In this document: piece by piece, positions 27,986-40,832 of the stretch
Numbering within the stretch: the stretch's first letter is position 1
How the letters are laid out: each line of letters opens with the position of its first letter
Source of the DNA: Camelus dromedarius
Lineage: Eukaryota
NCBI RefSeq assembly: GCF_036321535.1
Contig: NC_087436.1
Span: 87,546,001-87,610,000, forward strand
Reading direction: 5' to 3'
Length of the DNA stretch: 64,000 bases
Notes under the pieces: generated by a model
Told to the model about the DNA's origin: nothing
Databases searched by the model: none
The model's input: only the letters and a program-made list of their open reading frames with translations
Program-made: the position numbers and the translations under genes

Positions 27986-28309
27986 ATGAATTAGAGCTCC
28001 TCTCCCTGCACTCATTTTATTGTCAATAATGATCCTAGGATCCCAGTTTCAGTAGATACTCGTTAAAAGACTGAGCAGTGCACCTGGGGATGACATCACT
28101 GAGTAACACTCGCTTGTGGAGTTCACCACACTTCTCCCACTGTCACGCACAACTTTCTTATGTATAGGTATTGACCCTCAAAATTAATTCAATTGAGGTG
28201 TGGCATTCTCTCTTTTAAATTTGCAGTATTGACTTTTTTTTCTTTCTTCCTTCCTATACACTCTCTTTGACAGGAAAAACACGAAGGAATGAAACTGGAC
28301 AGGACATTA

Positions 28310-28445
28310 AGCTCCAGAAGAACCAGGACCTTGTCCATCACTGTGTCCCTAGCAGTACGTACTGTATCCAGCACATAGCGGGTACTCATTGAACTCATGA
28401 GTGTACAAATGAATGAATGAACAAGTGAGTGAATAAACAAACCAA
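28310..28445 (+). mobile_element. L2 3' end
   Basis: tcactgtgtccctagca...cagcacatagcgggtactca...aatgaatgaatga tail. Confidence 0.7.
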
Positions 28446-28765
28446 TAAGCAGAAGAACGAACTCTATAGGCCATAGAGGAACAAAAGACAACTGGATAGA
28501 ATGTTATTCTGAAATAAAAAGCCTCGGAAGAAGACTACACGATGTACTGGATGAACAGGTTCCTTACTTATTGCACTGAAGACGCCTGGATTCCTTGTGG
28601 GGAGCATGGGAAATAATGTACAAACAGTATTGAACTCCTCAGAGAGAATGTCTTGAATGTAATGACTATGAATTGTGAATAAAATAAGCTGAAGCTGATA
28701 ATTAAGCTTCAGCACGGAATCCCAGCATCACGGGCTCAAACCCCAGAGCAAAGGTGGCATTGATA

Positions 28766-28771
28766 TTTATT
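28766..28771 (-). terminator. Candidate polyadenylation signal AATAAA for SPATA18
   Basis: Canonical hexamer on the gene strand about 2.5 kb past the stop. Choosing it over the other candidates is an inference. Confidence 0.45.
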
Positions 28772-29260
28772 GAAGGAATTTGTGGCCCTGATTCAGGCTT
28801 CCCAGAATGGAGGTGGGTGAAGGGAATCTGCAAGGAAAGCATTTCCTTGCAAAGAACATACAGGTAACAGAAGCACACTTTTTCTTGATTTTATTATTAG
28901 ATGTTAAACCGATAGGACAAAAACTAACATTTACCAGGTTACAAAGAAAGAGTTTATCATTTTTCAAAGTCACCAAGGTTAAGATGCATGCCCAGTGAAA
29001 TGAGTATAGGTCAGCCTCCTTTGGTTTTGCAGATTTTTCTGGACTGCCATGCCCTGTGTGGTTACAGTTCAAGTCAGAGACTTGAGAAATGGCAAGGGGA
29101 CGGAGCAAATAAACCAAGTACAGTGTGACCTTTTTCCCAGTCAGGGTGCATTCCCACATTTGACTTCCCCCAGAAAAAGTCTGATATGTAGGCATTCTCA
29201 TTATTTAGTGAGATTTTAGAAAAGACATTTTAACATATAACACAAAATAATTGTTTGGGA

Positions 29261-29356
29261 TTTTTGTTTGTTTGTTTACATTGCAGGTCCTGGGGTTTGA
29301 ATCCAGGACTTCATGCATGCAAAGCATGTACTTTACCACTGAGCTGTACCCACACC
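29261..29356 (-). mobile_element. Camelid tRNA-derived SINE in the putative 3' UTR
   Basis: The reverse strand reads ggtgtgggtacagctcagtggtaaagtacatgctttgcatgcatgaagtcctggattcaaaccccag (A and B boxes), followed by a (CAAA)n tail. Confidence 0.8.
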
Positions 29357-31280
29357 TGCCATATGGTTTTAATATACAGGAAAATTTCCAGGAATGCACT
29401 TACTATGTAAATCAAGGCACAAATGTAAGTTTTTGTTCAAAACTTTACCAAGGGTTGTTCACCATTTCAGAAATCATATCCCATGACAACAATGTTTGTG
29501 ATGTTGCCAGTACAATGCACACTGATCTGCATCTGTAGCTGGTAATTCTATATCCAAGCATCTGATGACTTAATTTTATCTTCTAGAATAGTTATAGCCA
29601 AGCTTTTTTGTTGAAAATACATTCTATTTTATTAAAAACTGCCTTCCCTTTTTTCTGCTTGATATTACAGTTTGAGTACTATACTCTTTGTTTACAGGAA
29701 TATATGCCAGTAGATCATATTAACTTTGAATTTCATTTCAGAATAGCCAAAATAAAATGTTTGTTATAAAGGGGGGCACTGAGTCTGGGAGGGTTGAGAG
29801 AACTACTGATCTCAGCCACCCTCCTCACTCTGCAGTGAAACTGAGTGAGACTCAGAGAGGTGAAGCAGTTTGCTAAGGCCACACAGCAAGCTGATGCCCA
29901 AGTTGGCACTGGAGCTGCCTGGGCACTGAGTTCTCCTTCCAGCATGCTGCTGCCCTGCCTCAAAGTGAAGACTACACAGACGCAGAGGGAGAACAATTTA
30001 AAATGAGTTGGTGACCATTAGACCTGGGGCAGAGACTGGGGAGGGGGTCTCTCCCTGGTGTCTATGTCCCAGCACGAGAGACAAGATGCTTCAGAGAAGG
30101 GGGTTTTTTTGGGGGGGGGGTTTGTTTGTTTGTTTTTCTGTTTATTTTCTCCTAAAAAGTCCCAGGTGCTGGTTCTCACACTGAGCTTACACAAACTGAG
30201 CTGTAAAAGGCACACTGCAAAAGCTGTCACTTGTGAAGCTGGTGTTTAAAGCCAGTATTAAAGTGGGGGAAAAAAAGTAGAAAGAGCATTATTTATCCTG
30301 AGAAAGCAACATTCCATTATAATCTTGAACTTGAACGTTTTCAACAGTACTTCACAGTGAAGAAATCAAGGTTAGACACTCAATTTAAAATCCATGAATG
30401 GTGACCCTAGCTTCTAACCTCGAGTTTAAGTACTTTTGTTTTCAGTCAGACAGAGTTCTTAGGAGGAGGTCTGAGTTTGTAAACAGCTAGGTGGAACAGG
30501 TAAAGGATGTGGCCCAGGTAGCTTTTATATTTAACACGTACATTAAAACTGTCTGAAACATTCCCAGGAGGCAAGCACAAGGTAATTAACATTATGTCAA
30601 AGCCGGCTTCTATCCAAACCACTGCTCCGCATTTAAGAAGCAAGAGAATTCTCTCAAGGAAGTAGCCTCAACAAACAGTGCTCAACTAAACCAACCTAAC
30701 TGGGCACTTCAAAGTAGGAAAACAGAAGCCAGCCAATAGTCTCAAAGCATCATCACCTACATTTAGCCTGAAGTCGCAGTGAGTTCCCCAACCTGAGACT
30801 GGGGCTGTCTTCTGAACCCTAAAAGAAAGTTTAAACATCCAAGATTGTTTTCAGGTTAAAGCTAGTACCAGCAATCATATTTATGATCAGTTTGTAAGCT
30901 GAAATGACTCCTCGGGTCTTTTGGACTCAGCACGGTAAAGACTTTCCACTTTAGTTCGTGCGGCTGCCATCAAAGAGCCTCGTAGTTCAGGCTGACTCCT
31001 GAGCCCGTGGGATGGGCTTTGCTTCAAATGAATATGATCCTAAACACCTATGCAATCATTTTTATCAAATTAATGGAATCTGTATCTATAAAATAAAATG
31101 CAGTATATCTGAAATTACAGATGTGCTAAGCCAAAACATTTAACTGTCTGTGCGAAGTGATACACAGCATTGCCCTTCCACATTATCTTAAGTGAGGTCT
31201 GAGGCAGACAGCAGGCAGTAGGGCACTGGGGCAGTTGGCAGCAGCAGGTGTTCTGTGGCGGAGGAGCATGGCTGGTGGTT

Positions 31281-31288
31281 TTAAAACC
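31281..31288 (-). CDS. SPATA18: SPATA18 terminal exon 13, coding part (8 nt: R-F-stop)
   Basis: tttttcttcccAG|GG TTT TAA completes ...CGLPRF*, the recalled human C-terminus. Exons 2-13 sum to 1581 nt, a multiple of 3. Confidence 0.9.
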
Positions 31289-31584
31289 CTGGGAAGAAAA
31301 ATGAACAGTCCATGATTACGGTTGATTTCTTAGAATTTCTTTTGGGGAGACCTACATGAAAGGTGGCTGGGTAATCTAAGTTCACGTCAATAAAACCTCT
31401 CAGTGAGAGGCTCCTCCTGTGTCACCCGTGGGATCTGCTGTGGTCTTATCCAAGAGAAGACCCAGAAATGAAAGGTGTGAGATGTTCCCCAGGGAGCAAA
31501 ACATTCATTTTGCTGCAGGCTGCTGAGTCCTAAGAAGAGCATTAGAAAGCAGAAAACTTGTCCCATCTAAACCATCCCACTTAC

Positions 31585-31630
31585 TTGGTAATCCACATCT
31601 TATTGGAGAAGGACTCCGGCTTCGAGATAT
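31585..31630 (-). CDS. SPATA18: SPATA18 coding exon 12 (46 nt)
   Basis: Translates ISRSRSPSPIRCGLP. Acceptor ttctAG, donor GTAAGT; phase 0 to 1. Confidence 0.95.
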
Positions 31631-33166
31631 CTAGAAAATATAAAAGTGTAGTGTGAATCACACAGTAGGTGGGGCTCAAAGAATGAATCCTACTGATGGT
31701 TTTCCTAAAACCAGTTCGAATGTTGCTCTGAAGCAATGTAGAACTATGACTTTTTTCCCCCGAGGCTGAGCACTGTGATTCCTTTTACACTTTCTGAAGT
31801 AAATGAGTACCCAATTTAATTTATATTATGAACTAAAAACTGGGCTCAGTGGCTGAGTTTTTTGTTGTTTGTTGTTGTTGTTGTTTCAGTGTTGCTAAAC
31901 ACTTTGAGATTGGATGTACACTGGCCATTCTGAATTCTATGCTTTCCAGAAAATATTAATTATTATTACAATAATTAATAATTAAAGCTAAAGTGATCAA
32001 ATACTTTCTGGCACATCCTTTATATGAATTATCTCAGTCCAAAATGCTGCCTTATTAAGAAGGGTCACTGGGCAGCCAGAAAACAACCATTTTTCAAACC
32101 TCACCTTTGCTCTCATTGAGCAAAAGCCACCCCCTGTACCTACAAACCTGTTACAGCTCAGAAATAACTGGTTACAAGCATCATTCTTGCTCTGAGCTTT
32201 CAAACACTTTAGATAAATAGACGCTAACAAAGATGGAAGCTGCCCTGGATGTGAGACTCCAAACAAGTCAAAAAACTAGACTAACCAAAAATATTTGCAC
32301 AGTCTTGTCATAAGGAGATGATAGTGGAAAGGGACAGAATTTTAGCAGCAGTTTCACCCTTGAGAATCTATTTTATTCTTATCAAAAGTTTAAAATTTGT
32401 TCTCCCTGGGCACAAAGTGGAGAAGGCAGAGGAGGTGGTTCAAACATGTCTAGGAGCTTATTACAGAAGGATGCTCCCCAAGGTAAGCCTTCCAGGGAGA
32501 GTCTGGAGCGGAAATTTGCCGTGACCGTGAGCACCGCAGGTGTCTAATATTGTGCATTCTTCTCATGTAACACTCCCTCTTGGAATAAGAACTGTGAATC
32601 TCCAGTATAAGACACCTAAGATGTCCTGTTTATCAGTCCATGAAATGTACTATCCTTTTGCTTGTACCTACTGTGAATACTTATTCGAAAATAAGGATAA
32701 TGAAGTTACATTAAAATCTCCAATAGTGAAAGAACTGTGTCAGACACATGACTTTCCATTCTCAGGCCATTTCTTTCATCTGGAGAGTCCTCCCCAATTT
32801 CCCAGGCCATCACAATTCTGCCATATCAGATTCCAACTCCCCCATGAACCAAATCCAGAAGGAATCTCTACCTCCGCTGACAACTCTAGCCCTTTGTGCC
32901 TCTTTTATGGACTGTATCATATACCACGTTCAGTTACTTTGCTGAAATCGTACTGATCTTCCTATACTGAAATCCATTCAAGGAAGAGACCAGGTTTTAG
33001 TCATTTGTGTCACCCCTCCCCCAATCTAGCATCCATCAGATACAGAATGAAAGTTTGATAAGGACATCATCAAACATAATGAAGTGGGCAGAGTAACGAT
33101 AAATGTTCACTAAACTCAGTAAGAAAGTGGGGTCTTGTTAACTTCCAGTAAGAGGAGGGGTGTGAT

Positions 33167-33205
33167 TTTGTTTTTGTTTTTGTTTTTGTTTTTGTTTTTG
33201 TTTTG
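33167..33205. repeat. (GTTTTT)n simple repeat
   Basis: Read directly from the sequence. Confidence 0.9.
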
Positions 33206-34039
33206 CTGAGGTAGGGGGTGAAAGTTTTGGGTTAGAGTTGCATTCCTAAGGATAATTTCAGAGAAGTGGAGACTTGCCAGATCTAATTCTCCTTCTCCAC
33301 CTCTCTCCCTAAAACAAGGCTGAACAAATATTTAAAGAAGTTTTATTTGAACAAAGAGCACACTGTTAGTCTATCCAGTATCCACTTGTCTTGGTCCAGA
33401 CCTACATTCAAAAGCCATTGACTAACTACCCGCTGAGTGGATGAACAGTGGTGCCTCACAATAACATTAGTTTGGGGGGTTGTTATCTTTCTAGTTTTCA
33501 GAGATGTTTTTGCCACTTTTTTTCTTTGACAGATGTATTAGTAATGCTAAGAACGAACAGGCAAAGAGGCTGATCTTATTCTTCTTACTTTGAAGTTTGG
33601 AGGAAGATTAATACTTGCAATGCCCTTTATACAGTATTGAAATCCAGACAGTTTGAGCAATTTCTCCAAACTCACGCAATGAGTTCTGCAGGAACCAGGA
33701 ACTGATGTGTGCAGAGATCAGCAGATTAAGATGTCCCATTCTCTGTTCAGGAGACTAACTAGTATCTAGCTCATTTTCATTTAAAGATACAAATAGATGT
33801 GAAATGATTGAAGTCTCCTATTCTTTCAACTAATTAAGCAAAAAACTACCTCTACTTCGTTCTTTCTAGAATGAGAAATGCCTTAGCCTGAGATAGTATA
33901 AAAATCAGTCCGGGGCTATTGCAGCAGGTTCTCTTTCTACTCACAGACTTATAATCGCCTCTTTTACAGGTGACTGTTGATGAAAAAAAATGTCAACCAT
34001 AGGATGGTTTTGTGCACAAGTGATTGGACAGATACGTAC

Positions 34040-34123
34040 CGTGCTTAAACCAATACGGCTACGGGGGCAGATGGGACTTAAACTCCTGCTTCGACATCGA
34101 CTTACAGATCGCACTGAATTCCA
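34040..34123 (-). CDS. SPATA18: SPATA18 coding exon 11 (84 nt)
   Basis: Translates [28 protein letters not shown]. Long polypyrimidine tract then tttAG; donor GTACGT; phase 0 to 0. Confidence 0.96.
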
Positions 34124-34414
34124 CTAAAGAAAAGAGAAAAAGAAAAATAGTTCGTGAAAGCTCAGGTGGTTTAAAACAATACTCAAATCCCATAGAACGA
34201 ACGAGAGGTACTCAGGTGTAATTACACCTGGCTGTTACTGGACATCAGCATGTGGCACACTCATTTACCTGCCCAATATTTGGCAATAACTCTATGCTGT
34301 TTCTCAAATAAAACCCATTCCAGTGAACTTTGGGCTATTCATATTCTTTCTGCTAGTGGAACTCTATTTCGATGAGTAAGCGATTAGAAATTGCATTTAA
34401 GTTTGCAAGTGTTG

Positions 34415-34562
34415 GAGACTGTAAGCCCCACGTGGGGAGGAATTTGTGTCTGTTTTGTTCACTGCTGAATCCCCAGCACCTAATCACAGTGCTTGGGTCA
34501 TAAATAACTATTGAATAAATACGTATCGTTGAATGAAATGAATGAATGAGTGAGGGAGTGAA
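34415..34562 (+). mobile_element. L2 3' end
   Basis: agactgtaagccccacgtggggagg...tgtctgttttgttcactgctgaatccccagcacct...tgaatgaatga. Confidence 0.8.
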
Positions 34563-35318
34563 CCATGACTGTCGCCCATCTACTCTCTAACTAATGAACA
34601 AAGAGAAAACTCTGTTTCCTCGAATGAGATTTTACTAATCAAGGTCTGCTTATCAGTTCCCTTCCTCCAACCCTTTCTTCTTCCCAGGTCTTGCCTTTAG
34701 GGTATTTTCATTCTGTTTTAGGGGTTTAAGTTTGGGTAAATGTTGGTGATATACTTGAGGGGAGAGAAGAAGAAAGTTAAAAGGCAATTGCTACTTGATG
34801 TAGAACAGACGAATAGTGGCTATGTCCTCTCGACCCCCCCCCCCTTTCAAAGTGCACTGCAGACAGTCTACAATAAAAATCTCTTAATAGATGGTGATTG
34901 TTGTAGAGGCGAGAAGAACATTTTATGAGCCCATTCATTGCAGAGTGATTGTCAGATCAACACAACCCAGTTTCTATGGGCTCAAATTTCACAGCACAGA
35001 ATAATTTATTGAGATACTATTTGCTACAGTGGGATGTTTAAGCTACATAAACCCTTTTCTTAAGTTCTTTTAAAATACACTAATGACTCTGCTTCTTCAC
35101 TCTACGTGTGAAAATCTCCCATGAAGCACTTCCCCTATTCTCCAGTTCAGAGAACAGGAACTGAGACCACCCGGATGGTGGCTTTGCTCTGATCCAGGAG
35201 GGTCTCTCCAGGATTCACTAAACTCTTTCTAGGAAGGGTGGGGTAAAACACCATAATGGGAACCATACAGAATATCCAGCACCCACAGCCACTAGTTCCA
35301 ACACCCAATCCCCAGCTC

Positions 35319-35354
35319 AACACACACAGACACACACACACACACACACACACA
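35319..35354. repeat. (CA)n microsatellite
   Basis: Read directly; one GA interruption. Confidence 0.95.
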
Positions 35355-35954
35355 TTTGCATACCTAAGGCTCCATTCTGAAGGCTGTCTAATTATTTAGC
35401 ATATTCAAAACATTCTACAGCCAATATATAGAGGAAGTAACCTTCAAAAACTGACTGACTCCTCTCTCCCTACCTCCTCTGCCCTCTTTTTCTCCATCCC
35501 TCCCCTCCCTACACTTCATACTAAGGAGAGAAAAACAGGGCACATTCATCATATCCCAAAATGGAGAACCATCAGTAAAAATTTGGCTCCTTCCTGAAAG
35601 TTAATTGCTTACTTTTAAATGCTTAGACTTATAGAGGGCCTCCAATAAGGTGAGCTCAAAGGGCTTTGCCTTTATAATAGCATAATATTTCCAAGATGAA
35701 GGAGGCAAATATGACTAGCTCTATCTTATAAATGAAGCAACAAAGAAATGACTGCCAGGAAATTAGGAAGACTCATGGAGAATGGAAGAAAAGAATCTAT
35801 TCCTTCACAGCCAGTCCCTTTCCTCTCCTTTGTATGAAATCTTATCAAACAGCTCTCTATGAGCTTCTTTTATGGAATCTCAGGGTTTATAAATGTTCTC
35901 GAACTTGTGAATCAAACACTTGGGATGAATTGTCACTATGCAAGGCCACCGTAC

Positions 35955-36078
35955 AAAAGCCCCTCTCCTGGTAACAGCTTCTCCCTTCATAATGACACAG
36001 TCATTCTCCATGAGAGCAGGCCACACGTGGTAGAAGACCAAGGGAGCCGTGAAATCAGAGTCGTAGCTGCGGCGGTAC
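35955..36078 (-). CDS. SPATA18: SPATA18 coding exon 10 (124 nt)
   Basis: Translates [41 protein letters not shown]. Acceptor acacAG, donor GTACGG; phase 2 to 0. Confidence 0.97.
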
Positions 36079-36239
36079 CTGTGTTAAACACACAGAAGAA
36101 CAAGAAAGAGAAGTTAAGCAGTTGTGTGACCTACCTGGCAGAAGAGGGTACATCCATGTAAATGTTCATCTTATATTATGCTCAGATCTAGATCAATTCG
36201 CATCCTGACTCTGTTGTTAGGGAGATGGTTATGGGCTCC

Positions 36240-37110
36240 TGGAATAGGAACCAGTGATAACGAGGACCCGACATGGACTTGCTAACAAGTCATGTGAGAC
36301 TAACCTTGTCCCCTCTCTTCTCAGGACTACAAGAGTTGTAATTCAGGGAAATGCTAGAGACAGAGACCATCTGAAGTCTCATTGGAGACCTTCAAGATTT
36401 CTTGTGCTATCTTTGTGGAAAAAAATAAGAGGAATGGGGTGGGTGATTAATTTAAGTGGGTGGATTACAAATGGTTCAATGATCATATCCAAAGTGGGCA
36501 GTGGATGAGGATGAAGGTGCAGAAGGCTCTCTCTCATTCCTGGGGTAACTCAGCATGTTCATCAGTGACTTCCACAAAATATAGAAAAAATGCTCAAAGG
36601 TAGGAAATGGGTAGGAAAAAAAAAACCAGAATACAGTATCAAAACATAGCTCAAGAGGCTGGAACTATAACGAGCTAAATCTAAAAAGATATACTGCAAG
36701 GTGGACACACATGAGGTCCTGCAACTGAGTCTAAAAAGCATTTAACTGCACAGATAGAGGCGATCATTGGTTTAATCACAGCACAGGTAGAAAGAACAAC
36801 TTTTAGGTGAGCTCAAAATCAGTCAACAGTTTTACCTGGCTAGAAAAAAAGAAAAGCTACTACAAATTAGCTGAATTAATAGAGAATAAAAATAGAAAGG
36901 GTGTTGGTCCCTCTGGGCTGGTTAGTTCAAACTAGGGGATTAACGTTCAGCGTAGACACTTTTTTTTTTAAAGGAGTATCCAGACAAACACAGAGCACAG
37001 GCCAAGGAAACCAATCAATTTGTTAAGAAGTCTCAAACCCCCCTTAATATGGAGCCAGAAGGAGGAGGATTTGAGTAATTGTTTACAAATGTGTGAAAGG
37101 CTGCTTAAAA
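36240..37110 (+). mobile_element. L3/CR1 LINE remnant
   Basis: ORF 36254 (TRHGLANKSCETNL...TRVVIQGNARD) resembles the CR1 RT motif QHGFTKNKSCQTNL...TRLVDQGNAVD. Degenerate similarity continues downstream. Confidence 0.7.
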
Positions 37111-37289
37111 AAAAAAAAAAAAAAGAGGATTAGACTTGATCTGTAAAATTCTCAAGTAGAAACAAGTAAATGTAATCATTATTAGGAATACCAATTTGAC
37201 CTCACAGCCATCCAGGAGGACAGGCCACAGTGCCCCAGGGGCGGCATGTTCCCTCTGATAAAAGGCATGTAAACAGGAGGCCTGCCAGA

Positions 37290-37810
37290 AGCCCTATATA
37301 TATATAAAGGAATACTCTTTAGCCATAAAAAGAATGAAATCTTGCCATTTGGGACAACATGGATAGACTTTGATGGCATTATGAAATAAATCAGATGTAG
37401 AAAGACAAATACCATATTATCGCATTCATATGTGGAATTTAAAACAAACAAACAAACAAACAAAACCAAGCTCATAGATTCAGAGAACAGATTGGCGGTT
37501 GCCAGAGGTCGGGGTGGGTAAAACGGGTTAAGGAGGTCAAAAGGTACAAACTTCCAGTTAGAAAATATGTAAGTCATGGGGATGAAAGGCACAGCATGGT
37601 GACTATAATTAATTGCATTGCATATTTGAAAATTGCTAAGAGGATAGATCTTAAAATTTCTCAGCAAGAAAAAAATATTTTGTTAACTAGACTTTTGTGG
37701 TGATCATTTTGCAATATATACAAATATAGAATCATTATGCTGTACACCTGAAGCTAATATAATGTTATATGTCAATTATACCTCTAAAATTTTTTAAATA
37801 ATAAAATACA
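37290..37810 (+). mobile_element. L1 3' end (L1MA9-like)
   Basis: agccataaaaagaatgaaatcttgccattt...atgctgtacacctgaagctaatataatgttatatgtcaattatacctc. Confidence 0.85.
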
Positions 37811-38118
37811 CATTTGTATCTATATAGCACCTTCTTTTGAAGTATTCCAAACAGACTCCAGGTCCTCATTAGTTCCCACTAAGACTAATATGTTTAATGG
37901 AAATCATAACATCACCTCTGAATCGCATTTGACTAAGAAGGAAAATGACACCATGAAAGGACCCTGCTCTGTAACAGAGAAGTATATGGCAGGGACTGGA
38001 TATCAGGTAATGTCCGTTGATTTCCCCACCCAGAGTTCTTTTCCCTAAATTGCTCCCAGGGAATAAAGACAGGAGTATTTATAAAGAATCCCTTAGCTTC
38101 TGCTCCTATGTCTCTTAC

Positions 38119-38294
38119 TTGCAATCATTAAAAATTTCTCCATCAGCCCCAAAGGCAATATCTAGGGGTGGCTCTAAAGTTTGCATTGCAAAGGCAATGC
38201 AACATATCTCCTGGATGAAGTTACTGAGAAGGCAAAAGTCAACTTCAGGAGGGAAGGAAATCTTGGGATTGACATTCATGGCTCGGATCACATC
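38119..38294 (-). CDS. SPATA18: SPATA18 coding exon 9 (176 nt)
   Basis: Translates [58 protein letters not shown](K). Acceptor tttcAG, donor GTAAGA; phase 0 to 2. Confidence 0.97.
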
Positions 38295-38649
38295 CTGAAA
38301 AACAAAAAGATGGCATCACCTTGTTACCAGCCTGCGACAAGGCACACTGACATTCCTAAGGGCATTATATGACTGATGGGAGGTGAGAAAAGAGTTTGTG
38401 AGTGAAAATAAGTTAAACTAGAAAAGGAGTGTGTGTGTTAAAAGGAGGGAGACTCATCAACGGAAGGAGGAAAGATGACTGAGTATAAATGATATACTAA
38501 AAGCCAAGAGAGACTCCAAAAAACAAAAAAAATTAAGAAAAAAGTCTTAGTGACTTTTATTTATTATTTCCTTATTTTTCTATTTTGGGCAAGTTATATG
38601 ATTACCAACACAAAACTCTGACTTGTTTGTAATCTATAATAATAATGAT

Positions 38650-38900
38650 TATAATAGCTTGCTTTTATTTCGAGTTTACTTCATGCCAACTCTTGTGCTG
38701 AACAAATTATCTGCTTCTCCTTTCATTTAATCCTCTCAAGAACTTTCTGGGGTCATGACCATTGTTGCTCCCATTTAAATATTAGAAAACTAAAGCACAG
38801 AGAGGTTAAGTAAATGGGCAAGGTCACACAGCTAGTAAGTGGCAGAGCTTGGATGCAAATCCACACTCATCTTTCCCGAAATCATTGCTCTTAAGCACTA
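38650..38900 (-). mobile_element. MIR SINE
   Basis: gaaaactaaagcacagagaggttaagtaaatgggcaaggtcacacagctagtaagtggcagagc. Confidence 0.8.
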
Positions 38901-39159
38901 CGGCATTCTATCTTCCAATCTTAAGGGCCTGTCTAAAGAATAGAACTCTGAAGCTCAAAATATTTTTCCCCATAAAATGCCTAAGAAAGAAACAGCCAAG
39001 AATGACTGTTTCTACAAAGAACATTGGCTGCTTCTCTTTTCTGCTCTTCCATTATGGAGGAGCAATACTAAGTACTGGATGGAGTTCTGAGTTATTCGTA
39101 CCCGGTGCAGACAGTAGCAGTAGTAACAAACCAGTTCCAATAAAAGACCTAACACTTAC

Positions 39160-39318
39160 ATTAACACTGCTTTGGGAATCATACAGATCAAGATGACAAA
39201 TGATATAATCCGAGACGGCATCCTCAAAGTCATTCAACCCCGCATAAGACGGTGTCAACGATTTCCTCACCCGGATCTTGAAATGTCTGAATGCCATTTT
39301 AGCTACGTGAAATGCCTC
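39160..39318 (-). CDS. SPATA18: SPATA18 coding exon 8 (159 nt)
   Basis: Translates [53 protein letters not shown]. Acceptor gtgcAG, donor GTAAGT; phase 0 to 0. Confidence 0.97.
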
Positions 39319-39902
39319 CTGCACATAAAAATACAGCAAATTTACTTGGTGGGAAGAGGGCAGGTAGAGAAGTCCACAGCAAGGAATGAAGAAAAAATGC
39401 CCATCAAAAACTTAACATCATATTGGTCTTCTGATAACTAAACCCAGGGGTCAAAACTATTTCTAATCTGGGAGAAAAATCTAAATTTTGGAAAGTACAT
39501 AAATACATAAATGACTACCCACGTTCACTAATTTCAAGACAGTTGACCATTGCTCTGGTAATTCTGATTGCAAGAAGCAGGACGGTGCATGCATTTAAGG
39601 AAATAAATCACGTGGTTATGTAACTACTTGAGGCAGTTTGATTGACGCCTTGACCCCACAGCAATACTATGATATTTACAGGTCAAGAAATAAGAGAAAA
39701 CCATCAATCTAGTGTTCTTGTCATACATAGATGCATATCAAGTGTCCAACATGTTCCCAGCGTTTATCAATTCAGCAAATATTTATTAAGTGCCTTTATT
39801 AATAGTAAGCATGGGGAAAACTCAGTTATGCATGAAAGATATGGCCTCTATAATTACAGAACTGTAACCAACTCGGTAAAAGTGATTCTTAATTATATAA
39901 AC

Positions 39903-40161
39903 CAAAGGTTGGCAAACTTTTTTCTGTAAAAAGCCAGATAGTAAATATTTTACCCTTTGCAGGCCATGTAACTGTCTCTGTCACTTTTTAAAAATATGTC
40001 TACTGTGTGCACATATGTCCATATTAGAAGATTCAGGGTTTTTTAAAAATCACCCTTTAAAGTGAAAAGTCATTCTTATATTTTAGCTCTTAGGTGGTAT
40101 TTCTCTCAGTGTCACAGGCCGGGCCAGACATGGCCCAGGGATCGTAGTTTGCTGACTCCTG
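39903..40161. mobile_element. MER58-family hAT-Charlie MITE with 8-bp TSD
   Basis: Terminal inverted repeats caaaggttggcaaact / agtttgctgactcctg; TSD atataaac (39895-39902) / atataaat (40162-40169). Confidence 0.85.
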
Positions 40162-40832
40162 ATATAAATAAATAAACATAAGATTATAAAGTCCAGTAGA
40201 TTCTGATAATTCTGCTCTCACACCAATGTTTTGTCTTGTTTTTTTAACATTTAACAGTTCTCATTACATACTCCCAGTATCTCAATATGGTACCCATAGA
40301 ACAAATGCATTTGCTTTAGGAACTGAAGATTACATACAGGCACTTTTTAATCTGCCATACTCAAGCAGCTGATATGTTAACAGTTTTAGTGACTACTCTT
40401 AATTAAGTAAACAGAAGAGTTAACATAATCATAGCCTTTTGATTTTTCTAAGAATGGAAAGTAACCAATCAAATGATAGCCCTTAGCAACAATACATCTA
40501 CCGTGTGCACATATGCCCATATTAGAAGACTCAGTGCAAATCAACTTAGTATACAGCCATTTGAGATAGTCCTACATTTATGGATACTTCAACAAATACC
40601 TGGTCAATAGAATTATTAAGATATGTGAATAGTTACTAAGTGTGAAAAATGATTCATCCCAAATGTCTGTAACGAAAGGAAAGGAGAAAGGGAGGGAGGG
40701 AGGGGACAGATGGAAAACCCACCCTCCTTCAGCGACCTCAGGCTCTACCAGTTTTGTTAAACTGTCCCGTTCAGTTTCCCAAAATGCCGCCTCCCCGCCG
40801 CGCCGGGGACCGCCGAGGTGCGGCGCACGTAC

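Larger units (their letters stand above)
28745..31280 (-). other. SPATA18: Putative SPATA18 3' UTR (about 2.5 kb)
   Basis: Follows the stop codon and ends near a minus-strand AATAAA (tttatt at 28766-28771). Other AATAAA hexamers, e.g. 29628-29633, could be alternative sites. The end point is inferred. Confidence 0.55.
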
